Shown: positions 1 through 8,177 of the stretch, piece after piece
Position numbering within the stretch: the first letter of the stretch is position 1
Layout of the letters: the number at the start of each line of letters is the position of its first letter
Source: an uncultured Methanosarcinales archaeon
GTDB lineage: Archaea; Nanobdellota; Nanobdellia; Woesearchaeales; CAYMBN01
Reading direction: 5' to 3'
Assembly (NCBI GenBank): GCA_964388715.1
Contig: CAYMBN010000001.1
Coordinates: 248,759 to 268,758 of the forward strand
Length of the DNA: 20,000 nt
Made by a program: the position numbers and the translations under genes
Notes under the pieces: generated by a model
What the model was told of the DNA's origin: nothing
The model's input: only the letters and a program-made list of their open reading frames with translations
Database searches by the model: none

Positions 1-417
1 CATAATATACAATTTAATTTGATCATGAATTTGTTTTTTATCTTTAACATGATGCATTTTAAAGTTAGGAGTGAAAAGGATTGAACATGTTCCAAGTAAT
101 GTGTCAAAAAAGTTTCGTATAATGCTCATCTTACTTATGTTTTTTAAGGGAAGTGTTTTGTTTTTATGTTGAACTTTGTCATGGAAAAAGTGAAATTTTT
201 TGTAATTTTTTTTGTGGAATAGGATAAGTTCAAGTGCAATTAGGATAAGGATGATTGAGATTGACATTAAATGTAAGTGCGGATTTAGTTTGTAATCAAG
301 AAAATAAAAGTTTAGTAAAACTCCAATGTAAAGGATTGCTCCTAATGCTAAAAGTTTTATTCCATAAGGTATAAGAATTCTTGGAGTGTGTGTTTTTAAT
401 GTAAAGTGAGGTATCAT
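1..417 (-). CDS. Membrane protein with bacterial PH-like (bPH_2/YdbS-type) domain, 3' end runs off window
   Basis: Not in ORF track. Manually translated from ATG at 417 with no stop to position 1 (MIPHFTLKTHTPRILIPYGIKLLALGAILYIGVLLNFYFL...ISKMSIIRNFFDTLLGTCSILF...). Two hydrophobic helices, then a motif resembling bPH_2. Confidence 0.65.
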   Translation of the reverse strand, partial: MIPHFTLKTHTPRILIPYGIKLLALGAILYIGVLLNFYFLDYKLNPHLHLMSISIILILIALELILFHKKNYKKFHFFHDKVQHKNKTLPLKNISKMSIIRNFFDTLLGTCSILFTPNFKMHHVKDKKQIHDQIKLYIM

Positions 418-432
418 TTTAGGAGTATATAT

Positions 433-450
433 GGGCTTAATAAAAAAGCC
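433..450 (-). terminator. Putative terminator after tRNA-Val: short hairpin with T6 tract
   Basis: Minus strand GGCTTTTTTATTAAGCC (GGCTT/AAGCC arms plus oligo-T) directly downstream of the tRNA 3' end. Confidence 0.4.
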
Positions 451-454
451 TGAA

Positions 455-577
455 TGGGCCTGACCGGACTTTCAAAAATTGGAATTTTCAATTCCAATTA
501 ATATTTGAACCGGCGATCCTCTCCATTTTGAGTTTTAACTCGTCAAGGAGATGTCATAGCCACTAGACCACAAGCCC
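455..577 (-). tRNA. tRNA-Val(GAC) with two introns: 37/38 (526..540, 15 nt) and 59/60 (469..503, 35 nt)
   Basis: Acceptor GGGCTTG/CAGGCCC+A, anticodon stem TCTCC/GGAGA, T stem GCCGG/CCGGT. BHB central helices TTGA/TCAA (bulges CGA, AAT) and TTCA/TGAA (bulges AAT, AGT). CCA not encoded. Confidence 0.93.
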
Positions 578-602
578 TTGTTATTGTGATTAACTATTTT
601 TG

Positions 603-617
603 TTTATAAATTTTTCT
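603..617 (-). promoter_or_regulatory. Archaeal BRE/TATA promoter of tRNA-Val
   Basis: Minus strand AGAAAAA-TTTATAAA about 25 nt upstream of the tRNA 5' end. Confidence 0.65.
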
Positions 618-629
618 ACCAAGTTGAAA

Positions 630-1412
630 TTAATTTGGGATTTCTAAATCAGCTGGTTTTACTGTTCTAAACTTATAGGCTGTGAATCTTAAGTTTAGTG
701 TTACATCTCCATTATCATTAAATTCTTTGTAAGTGTAAGGAACTCCGTAATTTCCTTCAAGTAAGACTTCTATTTTTTTGCCTTGTTTGTTAGTACCTTC
801 AATTTTGTGACTTGTTCTTTGTTCATATATTTCTTCTGATACAATCTTACCTGTGTCAATTAATAAAGTGATTTCTTTAGGAGTGATTGTATAAAGTTCA
901 TTGAAATCACGTTCTGTTGCAACACTTTCTTTTTCACAATCTGCTTCTTTACAAAAGCTGACTGCTATTTGTTGTTCTAGGTCAAGTATTGCAATGTTAT
1001 CTTCACCTGTGTTAAACATTTCTCTTGTTCTGATTATGTCAAGACGTGCTGTGTTGGCTATTATTTGATAATCGCGTTCTTCAACACCTTTAATATATCG
1101 ATATTCATAATTTTCAAGGTTTTCTGCGCTTTCGATAATAGTTTTAAGTTTTTCTTCCATTTCTGGTTTTTCACAATCTGAGCATGTTGTGAAATCTTCA
1201 CCTTCCTCACACAGTGTGTTGCCGCAGCAAGGAATTATTTCAGAATGTTGACATTCAAAATTAGTTTGTTCTGAACAAAGATCATCTGTGCATGCATTAG
1301 CATCATCACATGATGCAGGACATGTTTGTGCTTCTGGTTCTTCTGGCACTTCTTCTTTTCCACAAGCTGTTATTAATAGAACTAAAACGATTAATAATAA
1401 TATTTTTCTCAT
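630..1412 (-). CDS. Lipobox-containing secreted protein with Cys-rich module
   Basis: ATG at 1412 lies 5 nt after SD GAGGTGA. Signal MRKILLLIVLVLLITAC, acidic linker, then CPASCDDANACTDDLC...CCGNTLCEEGE Cys-rich module. Confidence 0.75.
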   Translation of the reverse strand: MRKILLLIVLVLLITACGKEEVPEEPEAQTCPASCDDANACTDDLCSEQTNFECQHSEIIPCCGNTLCEEGEDFTTCSDCEKPEMEEKLKTIIESAENLENYEYRYIKGVEERDYQIIANTARLDIIRTREMFNTGEDNIAILDLEQQIAVSFCKEADCEKESVATERDFNELYTITPKEITLLIDTGKIVSEEIYEQRTSHKIEGTNKQGKKIEVLLEGNYGVPYTYKEFNDNGDVTLNLRFTAYKFRTVKPADLEIPN

Positions 1413-1501
1413 TAAAATCACCTCTTGTTTTGAATATTTAAGTATAGAGTATTTATATAGGTTTCGTTAAATATTAATATTTGGGATGATTCTTTTGTTT
1501 T

Positions 1502-2167
1502 ATGTTATCAAAACATGAGAGATTGTTGGAAAGGTTTGAAAAGAAACGGCTTGAGTTTAATAAAACAAAAGATAAAGAAAGGAAAGAGTTGATTAAGAAA
1601 GAAGTTAGAGAGTTAGTTAAGGATTTTCCTGCGCTAAAAGGGTTTTATTCTAATGCTAGAGTTTTTTGGGATTCTGAAGCTCTTATATGGAAGTATAGGA
1701 TTGAGCCTGAATATAGAGAGTTTGTTAGGAAATTTTTGAAAAGGAAGGTGAAAGGTAAGATTTTGGATATTGGTTGTGGTAGTTATCCTTATTTTGATTC
1801 AGTTTGTTTGGATATTTCTCATAATATGTTGAGTTTGGTTAATGGGAAACGGGTTCAAGCTGATGTTGAGAAAGGATTGCCTTTTAAAAAAGATTGTTTT
1901 GATACTGTTCTTATGGTTTTTCTTTTAAAGTATGTGAAGAATATTGAAGGATTGTTAAAAGAAGCTAAGAGGGTTTGTAAAGGAAAGATAATAATTGTAG
2001 AGTCTTTGGCTAAAACAAATGATTGGTTTGTTGAACAGTTGAAGCAGAAGGATGATGGTTTTGATGAATTCTTGATTAAGTTGTTGAAGAAGAAGAGGTT
2101 TAAGTTTAAGAAGTCTGTTAAAAAGGTTGGGAAGAAAGAGTTGTTGATTGTAAAGATTGGAAAATAA
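1502..2167 (+). CDS. Class I SAM-dependent methyltransferase
   Basis: Motif I ILDIGCGS, then LDISHNML, QADVEKGLPF and FDTVL (Methyltransf_11-like pattern). Stop codon overlaps the discriminator base of the convergent tRNA-Thr. Confidence 0.85.
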   Translation: MLSKHERLLERFEKKRLEFNKTKDKERKELIKKEVRELVKDFPALKGFYSNARVFWDSEALIWKYRIEPEYREFVRKFLKRKVKGKILDIGCGSYPYFDSVCLDISHNMLSLVNGKRVQADVEKGLPFKKDCFDTVLMVFLLKYVKNIEGLLKEAKRVCKGKIIIVESLAKTNDWFVEQLKQKDDGFDEFLIKLLKKKRFKFKKSVKKVGKKELLIVKIGK

Positions 2168-2288
2168 GCCTCTGGAGGGATCTGCACCCTCGACCTCGGC
2201 CTTACCAAGGCTTTGCGGACACTTGAAAAACCAGAGTGTCTCGCGCAATTTGTAGGACCTAAAGATCTAGCTACTATGCTACAGAGGC
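2167..2288 (-). tRNA. tRNA-Thr(GGT) with two non-canonical introns: D-loop 20a/21 (2250..2268, 19 nt) and anticodon stem 28/29 (2212..2241, 30 nt)
   Basis: Acceptor GCCTCTG/CAGAGGC+T. After splicing, anticodon arm CGGCC-TTGGTAA-GGCCG and T stem GAGGG/CCCTC. Central helices GTAG/CTAC (bulges CTA, AAA) and TGCG/CGCA (bulges CGA, AAG). Mature length 73 nt. Confidence 0.9.
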
Positions 2289-2426
2289 ATAATGTGATGT
2301 TTTGTGTATTGATTTATATAATTTTTGCATGTTTTTCAGTTTTTGTCTTTTTTTTCCAACGTATATACTGTTCTAAAGAAAACTTTTTAAAGTGGTTGTG
2401 TTTAGTTGTTTCTGGGGTGTTTAGAC

Positions 2427-2795
2427 ATGAAAAAGAACATTCTTATTATTGAAGATGAAGAAGCAATTGCAAAAGCAGAAGCAATGATATTGGGTAGTGA
2501 TTTCAATATTCATGTTGCAAAAGATGGTGAACAGGGATTTAAGATGGCTAAAGAAATTAAGCCTGAGCTTGTTGTCCTTGATTTGATGTTACCAAAACGC
2601 GGTGGGTATGATGTATGTTTTAATATTAGGCAAGATGATGAATTAAAAAATACAAAAATATTAATGGTTACAGCTAAAGCGCAAGAGATTGATGAAGATA
2701 AAGGTATGATGGTTGGTGCTGATCATTACCTTAGAAAACCTTTTGAACCACAAGAGTTAAGAGCGCAGGTAAAGAGATTACTGGAAAATGATTGA
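2427..2795 (+). CDS. Single-domain response regulator (receiver only)
   Basis: IIEDE acidic pocket, phosphoacceptor VVLDLMLP, MVTA and KPF motifs. ATG 2427 follows SD-like GGGGTG. Confidence 0.92.
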   Translation: MKKNILIIEDEEAIAKAEAMILGSDFNIHVAKDGEQGFKMAKEIKPELVVLDLMLPKRGGYDVCFNIRQDDELKNTKILMVTAKAQEIDEDKGMMVGADHYLRKPFEPQELRAQVKRLLEND

Positions 2796-4239
2796 TTTAA
2801 TTCATAAATTCTTTTTCTTTTTAGGTACTGCTGGTGGAGAGTTGCTAAAAAATTCTGTTGAATTGCTTATCTTTACTATTCTAGCTTATATGGTGATATC
2901 TGAATATTCAAGGATTAAGGGAACTGAGTTAAAATTGTTCTCAATTGCGTTTCTTGGGTTAATGGCTCACAGAGCAATGGTTGTTTTTTTATATTTTTTT
3001 GTTGTTTTTGGTGGTTATAGTACGTTGTCTTTAGAGAAGTATATGCCAATAATAATGCATGCACCTGAATTGTTTGCTTTAGTGTTTCTTGTGAATGCTT
3101 TTATTTATCCTTTAATTAAAAAAAGGTTTAAGAGAAATCTTCTTGTTGAAACTGGTTTAGTAATTTTGATTGTAATCATTATAGAAATTTTCTGGTTGAA
3201 TATGTGGAGAGCTGATCGAGCTTTGTTGTTTAGGAATCACTGGTTTAATACTATTTTTATATTGTTGCAGATTTTGATATTAGCTTATCCTATTTATTAT
3301 ATCCCACTTAAAGCTTCGAGAAGGGTAATAAGGTATAGAAAAAATATTGTGCTTGGGTTTACTGTTTATTTAATCAAACCTTTCTTGCACTTAACTAATA
3401 TTGTTTTATATGATAATCAGTCTGTAAGATTAGCTTTGGTTGAACATCCGTTTACAATATTAGCAGTACTTTTGTTTGTGAGAGTTATTTATCTTAAACT
3501 TGCTGATAAAGCAAGACTTCTTGATAAATTAAGGTCAACAGAGTATAAGTATAAAAAAGAGAAGGAGATAAGTGAAATGAAGGATGAGTTTATTTCTGTT
3601 GTAAGTCATGAGTTAAGAACGCCGTTGACATCTATAAAATTGTATTTGTCTTTATTAAGGGATGGTAATTTTGGGAAAGTGAGTAAAAAACAAAAAGATG
3701 CTATTACTACTATTGATGATGAAGCTGGAAGATTGAATGGAATGATTAATAATATACTTGATTTGTCAAGACTTGAGGCAAAGAGGGTTAAGTTAAGCAT
3801 TAAAAAAGTAGATTTAAATGAGTTGATTTCTGATTTTTATTTTAAAGAAGCTGAACAAAAGGGGTTAAAGGTTGTGATAAAGGTTCCTGGTAAGTTTATG
3901 GTTAATGTTGATCCTGAACAGTTTAAACAGGTTTTGATTAACTTGATTAATAATGCAACAAAGTTTACTGAAAAGGGTAAGATTATTATTTCTGCTAAAA
4001 AAGTTAAGCAAGGATGGACATTGATTATAGAAGATACTGGTGTTGGAATTGAAAAGGATAAAATTCCTTTGTTGTTTGATAAGTTTTATCAGACAGAACA
4101 TCATATGACCCGAACACAAAAGGGTTCTGGACTTGGTCTTGCTATTGCAAAAAAGATTGTTGAGTTACATAATGGCAGAATTGAGGTTGAAAGTGATTAT
4201 GGTAAAGGAAGTAGGTTTATTATAGATATGCCTGAGTGA
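2788..4239 (+). CDS. Multi-TM membrane sensor histidine kinase (HisKA + HATPase_c)
   Basis: About 7 hydrophobic segments, then H-box SHELRTPLT, N-box NLINNATKFT, G1 DTGVGI, F-box FDKFYQ, G2 GSGLGLAI. Overlaps the regulator gene by 8 bp. Confidence 0.93.
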   Translation: MIDLIHKFFFFLGTAGGELLKNSVELLIFTILAYMVISEYSRIKGTELKLFSIAFLGLMAHRAMVVFLYFFVVFGGYSTLSLEKYMPIIMHAPELFALVFLVNAFIYPLIKKRFKRNLLVETGLVILIVIIIEIFWLNMWRADRALLFRNHWFNTIFILLQILILAYPIYYIPLKASRRVIRYRKNIVLGFTVYLIKPFLHLTNIVLYDNQSVRLALVEHPFTILAVLLFVRVIYLKLADKARLLDKLRSTEYKYKKEKEISEMKDEFISVVSHELRTPLTSIKLYLSLLRDGNFGKVSKKQKDAITTIDDEAGRLNGMINNILDLSRLEAKRVKLSIKKVDLNELISDFYFKEAEQKGLKVVIKVPGKFMVNVDPEQFKQVLINLINNATKFTEKGKIIISAKKVKQGWTLIIEDTGVGIEKDKIPLLFDKFYQTEHHMTRTQKGSGLGLAIAKKIVELHNGRIEVESDYGKGSRFIIDMPE

Positions 4240-4260
4240 TTCTTTTTCTAGAAAAAAATA

Positions 4261-4402
4261 TGCGAGGGAGGGGACATTCGTGCCATATGGCATTTCGAAC
4301 CCCCGGACCCACTAAGAGACAGGATAACATATTAATTCCCATTATCAACAATGGGTGTCAATCTTAAGTCCTGCGCATTTGACCAGACTCTGCAACCCTC
4401 GC
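4261..4402 (-). tRNA. tRNA-Leu(TAA) with two introns: 37/38 (4326..4362, 37 nt) and 59/60 (4275..4293, 19 nt)
   Basis: Acceptor GCGAGGG/CCCTCGC+A, anticodon arm CAGGA-CTTAAG|A-TCCTG, long variable arm, T stem GGGGG/CCCCT. T-loop BHB TTCG/CGAA with TGCCA/TGGCA inner helix. Anticodon BHB is relaxed (CTTA/TATG). Confidence 0.93.
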
Positions 4403-4457
4403 GTAATGTCTGGTATTTAGAAAAAGATGGATTTTATTTAAAAATGTTTTTGTTTTT

Positions 4458-4964
4458 CTACTGTATCTCTACTAAATCTATTCTTTTTTCATCTGAAAAG
4501 AAAACTCTTTCACCATCCTTAAAGAAAGATGCTCTAGCCTTTATCACAAGAAAAGAAGGATATTCAATTCCTGATCTGAATTTTAGATTGGAAACTGTTA
4601 GATATTGTTTTGCATTAGGATTAAGTTTTTCTATACCAAAACTAAAATCTCCAAGTGATTTATCAAAGTGACCAGGTGTTATGCCAAGAATGTCAACTCC
4701 TAAGTCTTCTATTGTATGATTAAAATTGTTTTTTAACTCAACATATATTTCAAAATTGTTCCTGTTTCTTAAGTCATAATATAATCTTGATTCTGGTTGA
4801 ATGATTCTAACTTCAATATTCCCTGTTTCTTCTTCCACAATAGGTTCTTGTTCAACTACTGTTTCATTTGGTTCTTCAACTACAACTGGTTCTGATTGTG
4901 GAATAGTTTTAGTGCAAGCTGATAAAAGTAGTACTAAAAGTAAAATTGTAATTATTTGTCTCAT
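4458..4964 (-). CDS. Lipobox-containing hypothetical surface protein
   Basis: MRQIITILLLVLLLSAC signal, EP/VE-rich linker, beta-rich (Ig-like?) C-terminal domain. TTTATAAA about 22 nt upstream of ATG. Confidence 0.7.
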   Translation of the reverse strand: MRQIITILLLVLLLSACTKTIPQSEPVVVEEPNETVVEQEPIVEEETGNIEVRIIQPESRLYYDLRNRNNFEIYVELKNNFNHTIEDLGVDILGITPGHFDKSLGDFSFGIEKLNPNAKQYLTVSNLKFRSGIEYPSFLVIKARASFFKDGERVFFSDEKRIDLVEIQ

Positions 4965-5002
4965 AATAGGTTTAAAATAAGCTATGTTTATAAAATTAAC
5001 TC

Positions 5003-5539
5003 TTAGAATGTTACAGATCCTGCACTTACTTGAGCTGATGCGTATCTGTATAGGTTTAGGAATGATTTGACTGATGTTTGTATATGATGAACATCATCAA
5101 TGAGTTCTGCTTCAAATGCATCTGTATGAAATTTAAAGATATATTTATCAAAAAGTGCTCTTATGAAGAAGAATGTTGGTTTTTGTTCCCATTTATTTTC
5201 ATAGTCTGTTTCAATGTAACCATCAATTATAATCTGTACACTACCTTGATTAAGACGATGTTTGACACCATCTTTTTCAACAACAACATCTTTTATACCT
5301 TTCATGAAAAGTCTTATTTTCATGATCTTGTTTGCATAATCAGTTGGTTTTTTCCATGGTCGCATTTCTATTTCAATATCTTTACCATTAGGAGTGACTC
5401 GCTCATCATTTTTCTTTTCTAACTTATCATAAGCATTTTCGTAGAACCAGCTGTCAAGTAACTTGTATAAGCCGTTGACACTAAATATACCATCATAATT
5501 AATCTTCAATTGATCAACTACCAGCTTTTTTTCACTCAT
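5003..5539 (-). CDS. Hypothetical protein, paralog A of tandem pair
   Basis: 178 aa ORF that aligns by eye with 5577..6128. Own TATA (TTATATAA) about 24 nt upstream. Confidence 0.8.
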   Translation of the reverse strand: MSEKKLVVDQLKINYDGIFSVNGLYKLLDSWFYENAYDKLEKKNDERVTPNGKDIEIEMRPWKKPTDYANKIMKIRLFMKGIKDVVVEKDGVKHRLNQGSVQIIIDGYIETDYENKWEQKPTFFFIRALFDKYIFKFHTDAFEAELIDDVHHIQTSVKSFLNLYRYASAQVSAGSVTF

Positions 5540-5576
5540 TGTAAAGTATAATTATGTTTGTCATTTATATAACTTT

Positions 5577-6128
5577 CTAAACATTATCTCCTAAGTAACC
5601 AGCATATTCCCTTCCTTTTGTTTCCATGTTAAGGTAATCTTTTATAACAGCTGCAAACTTAAGCATTCTATAATATATTGTATCCCATGTAATGGAATCT
5701 GTTTTTTTGAAAATGATATATTTGTTGTAGAAATCTTTAAGGAATTCTGTTAATTTGTTTTGTTTGTATCTTCTTTGCCAGTCCCTATATAAGGTACATT
5801 TTAACTTTATTTCCATACGTGCTTTTGTTAATGTTTTTTTCTGACCATCTTGGAAAATTTCTACTTCATTTATGTCCCAAATATGAAAATTAACTGTAAG
5901 ATGGAAGCGGAAGTATTCGTCAATGTTTTTCCAGGCAACCCATTTAAGCATGACTTCTTTACCAAAACCATCACCTGGTTTGAATTTGTAAGTGTCTTCA
6001 TGAAACCAATAACGTCTTTGTTTGAGCCATTGTACCATTACTTTGTATAAACCGTCAAAGTCAAATATACCTGTATAACGTATTATCTGTCTCTTTGCAG
6101 CAATCTTGTCTCCGTGGATTGGTTCCAT
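5577..6128 (-). CDS. Hypothetical protein, paralog B of tandem pair
   Basis: 183 aa ORF sharing YxGIFxxxGLYK...W...WK..(D/E)Y...DGxK..L...KYI...KxxLN with paralog A. TTTATAAA about 25 nt upstream. Confidence 0.8.
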   Translation of the reverse strand: MEPIHGDKIAAKRQIIRYTGIFDFDGLYKVMVQWLKQRRYWFHEDTYKFKPGDGFGKEVMLKWVAWKNIDEYFRFHLTVNFHIWDINEVEIFQDGQKKTLTKARMEIKLKCTLYRDWQRRYKQNKLTEFLKDFYNKYIIFKKTDSITWDTIYYRMLKFAAVIKDYLNMETKGREYAGYLGDNV

Positions 6129-6160
6129 TTTATTTTATGTATGAAAAATAGGTTTATAAA

Positions 6161-6191
6161 TCTTTTGAAAAATCCGATGGATTTTTTAAGA
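6161..6191. repeat. Intergenic inverted repeat/hairpin
   Basis: AAAAATCC-GAT-GGATTTTT (6168..6186), extendable with TCTT/AAGA. Lies downstream of aCPSF1 and directly upstream of a TATA box. Confidence 0.55.
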
Positions 6192-6243
6192 CATTTATAC
6201 TTCAAAAAAAATTTTGTATAAATATTTTTACATATAAATCTGA

Positions 6244-8133
6244 TTATTTAATTCTGATAGTTTCTAGATTTCTTGGTGCATTGGTTTCAATCCTGTTTTG
6301 TTTATGAATTGAAGATGCTAAGTCAAGGCACCTAGAGTTTTCGCCGTGGTTAATGATAACTTTCTTAGGTTTTGGATTACAACGTTGTACAAAAGTCATT
6401 AGTTCGTTTCTGTCTGCGTGATTTGTAATTTCTATCTTGCTAACTTCCATTTTAAGTTCTGTTACTTCTTGTTTGTTTCCACTGTGAAATACAATTTCTC
6501 TTAAACCGTTCTGGATACGTCTTCCTAGTGAACCTTCACCTTGGTAACATGAGAAAACTAAAGAGTTTTTTGGATTATCTGCAAGATGTTTAAGATATTC
6601 AACACTTGGTCCTCCTACCAACATACCTGATGTTGCAAGGATTAAACAAGGACCGTGCTCTTCTATTAATTGCATTCTTTCTTTTTGTGAACCTACTCTT
6701 TTGAAAATGCTTGATAAGAATGGATTTTGATCTTTATGGAAAATCTGTTTTCTTACCTGGCTGTTGAGAAATTCTGGGTATGCTGTGTGTATTGCTGTGA
6801 TATCCCAAACCATTCCATCAATATAAACTGGAATTTCTTTTAATTCTTTGTTTCTTACCATGTTTTCAATAAGTATCATAATTTCCTGTGCCCTACCTGA
6901 ACCTAAAACTGGCATTAATATTTTCCCACCACGTTTAACAGTATCAATGATTATTTTCTTGAGAACATTGTCTGATTCTTTTCTGTTAGGCATAATATTA
7001 TCTTTTCCACCATATGTTGATTCGATAATCATTGTTTCTAAACGCGGAAAGACTGTTGAACAACCTTCTAAAAGTTGTGTCCTGTTAAATTTGAGATCTC
7101 CTGTAAAAACTAGGTTATGTAATCCATTTCCTATGTGTAAATGGGCCATTGCAGAACCAAGAATATGACCTGAATTATATAATGTGAGTCTTACATCAGG
7201 TGTAATGTCAGTTACTTCTTCGTAATTAAGGCAAATGGTATGTTTAACCATTTCTTTAACGTCATCACTTGTATAGATTGGATCTTTACCTTCATTTCTA
7301 GTAATTTTAATAAAATCAAGTTGCAACAGACTCATAACATCACGTGTAGGAAGAGTACAATAAACTGGTCCTTTATAGCCAAACTTGAACAAGTATGGAA
7401 GGAAACCTGAGTGATCTAAATGTGAGTGTGATATAATTACTGCGTCAAGTTCATTTATCTTAAACTCAGGTGCGTCTAAAAAAGGGTATGGTTCTCTATC
7501 ATTTGCAACATCAATTCCACAATCTAATAATACCCTTGATTCTGGTGTTTGAAGTAAAAGACAACTTCTACCAACATGACGTGCACCTCCTAAGAAGCTT
7601 ACTCGAATCCATTCATGTTTTTTCTCACGTATCCAACCATCATATACTCTGTGACCTGTTTTATCTAAAAATTTTCTTCTTGCGTCACTATTTTGATAAA
7701 GAACAGCTCTAATATTATCAATAATTTTTGATTTGATCGCTGGAGTTCTCTTTATTAAAGGGATCCATAATGTTTTTTCTCTTACTTCCCTTAAAATTGA
7801 ACCTTGCTTACCAATTGCTAAACCAGGTTTTTCAGCTTCAATTATAACCATACTTCTTTGTGAGTCAAAGATAATTTGGGATATACCTGCTTCTTTTGGA
7901 ATAAGTTTTTTTATTTGTTTTTCTGCTTTTTCAAGTTCCATGCAAATAGAAGGATCTGGTCTTAATTCAACTCTTTTTTTAAATTCATTAACTATTTTTC
8001 TGATTAATCCCTCATTGTCAAAAAAAAATTGTTTATCTTTGGTGTAAAGAACAATGTTTGCTCCTTCAAACCCTGCTGTGGAAACCTTTTTTGCAGGTAC
8101 TATTTTTAAAATTTCTTTTAGAATATCTCCCAT
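6244..8133 (-). CDS. fttA: Archaeal beta-CASP ribonuclease aCPSF1 / transcription termination factor FttA
   Basis: 629 aa with N-terminal KH domains (AEKPGLAIGKQG), MBL motifs LLDCG, SHSHLDH, GHILGS, TGD, ESTYG, beta-CASP region and C-terminal APRNLETIRI. Conserved adjacency to psmB. Confidence 0.96.
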   Translation of the reverse strand: MGDILKEILKIVPAKKVSTAGFEGANIVLYTKDKQFFFDNEGLIRKIVNEFKKRVELRPDPSICMELEKAEKQIKKLIPKEAGISQIIFDSQRSMVIIEAEKPGLAIGKQGSILREVREKTLWIPLIKRTPAIKSKIIDNIRAVLYQNSDARRKFLDKTGHRVYDGWIREKKHEWIRVSFLGGARHVGRSCLLLQTPESRVLLDCGIDVANDREPYPFLDAPEFKINELDAVIISHSHLDHSGFLPYLFKFGYKGPVYCTLPTRDVMSLLQLDFIKITRNEGKDPIYTSDDVKEMVKHTICLNYEEVTDITPDVRLTLYNSGHILGSAMAHLHIGNGLHNLVFTGDLKFNRTQLLEGCSTVFPRLETMIIESTYGGKDNIMPNRKESDNVLKKIIIDTVKRGGKILMPVLGSGRAQEIMILIENMVRNKELKEIPVYIDGMVWDITAIHTAYPEFLNSQVRKQIFHKDQNPFLSSIFKRVGSQKERMQLIEEHGPCLILATSGMLVGGPSVEYLKHLADNPKNSLVFSCYQGEGSLGRRIQNGLREIVFHSGNKQEVTELKMEVSKIEITNHADRNELMTFVQRCNPKPKKVIINHGENSRCLDLASSIHKQNRIETNAPRNLETIRIK

Positions 8134-8177
8134 TTACATTCACCTTTTCAGAATTTTATTCATTTTAAATGAAAAAT

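Noticed and set aside
1855..2452. ORFs 1855..2208, 1955..2248 and 2213..2452
   Set aside because: They overlap tRNA-Thr and/or lie antisense to the methyltransferase, and have no recognisable protein features.
2788..3500. 7-TM kinase input domain as a rhodopsin
   Set aside because: No retinal-binding Lys motif in the last helix.
455..4402. Integrated element or att sites at the tRNA genes
   Set aside because: No integrase, transposase or duplicated tRNA 3' fragment seen in the window.
4351..4671. 106-aa + strand ORF
   Set aside because: Antisense to tRNA-Leu and to the lipobox gene; a shadow ORF.
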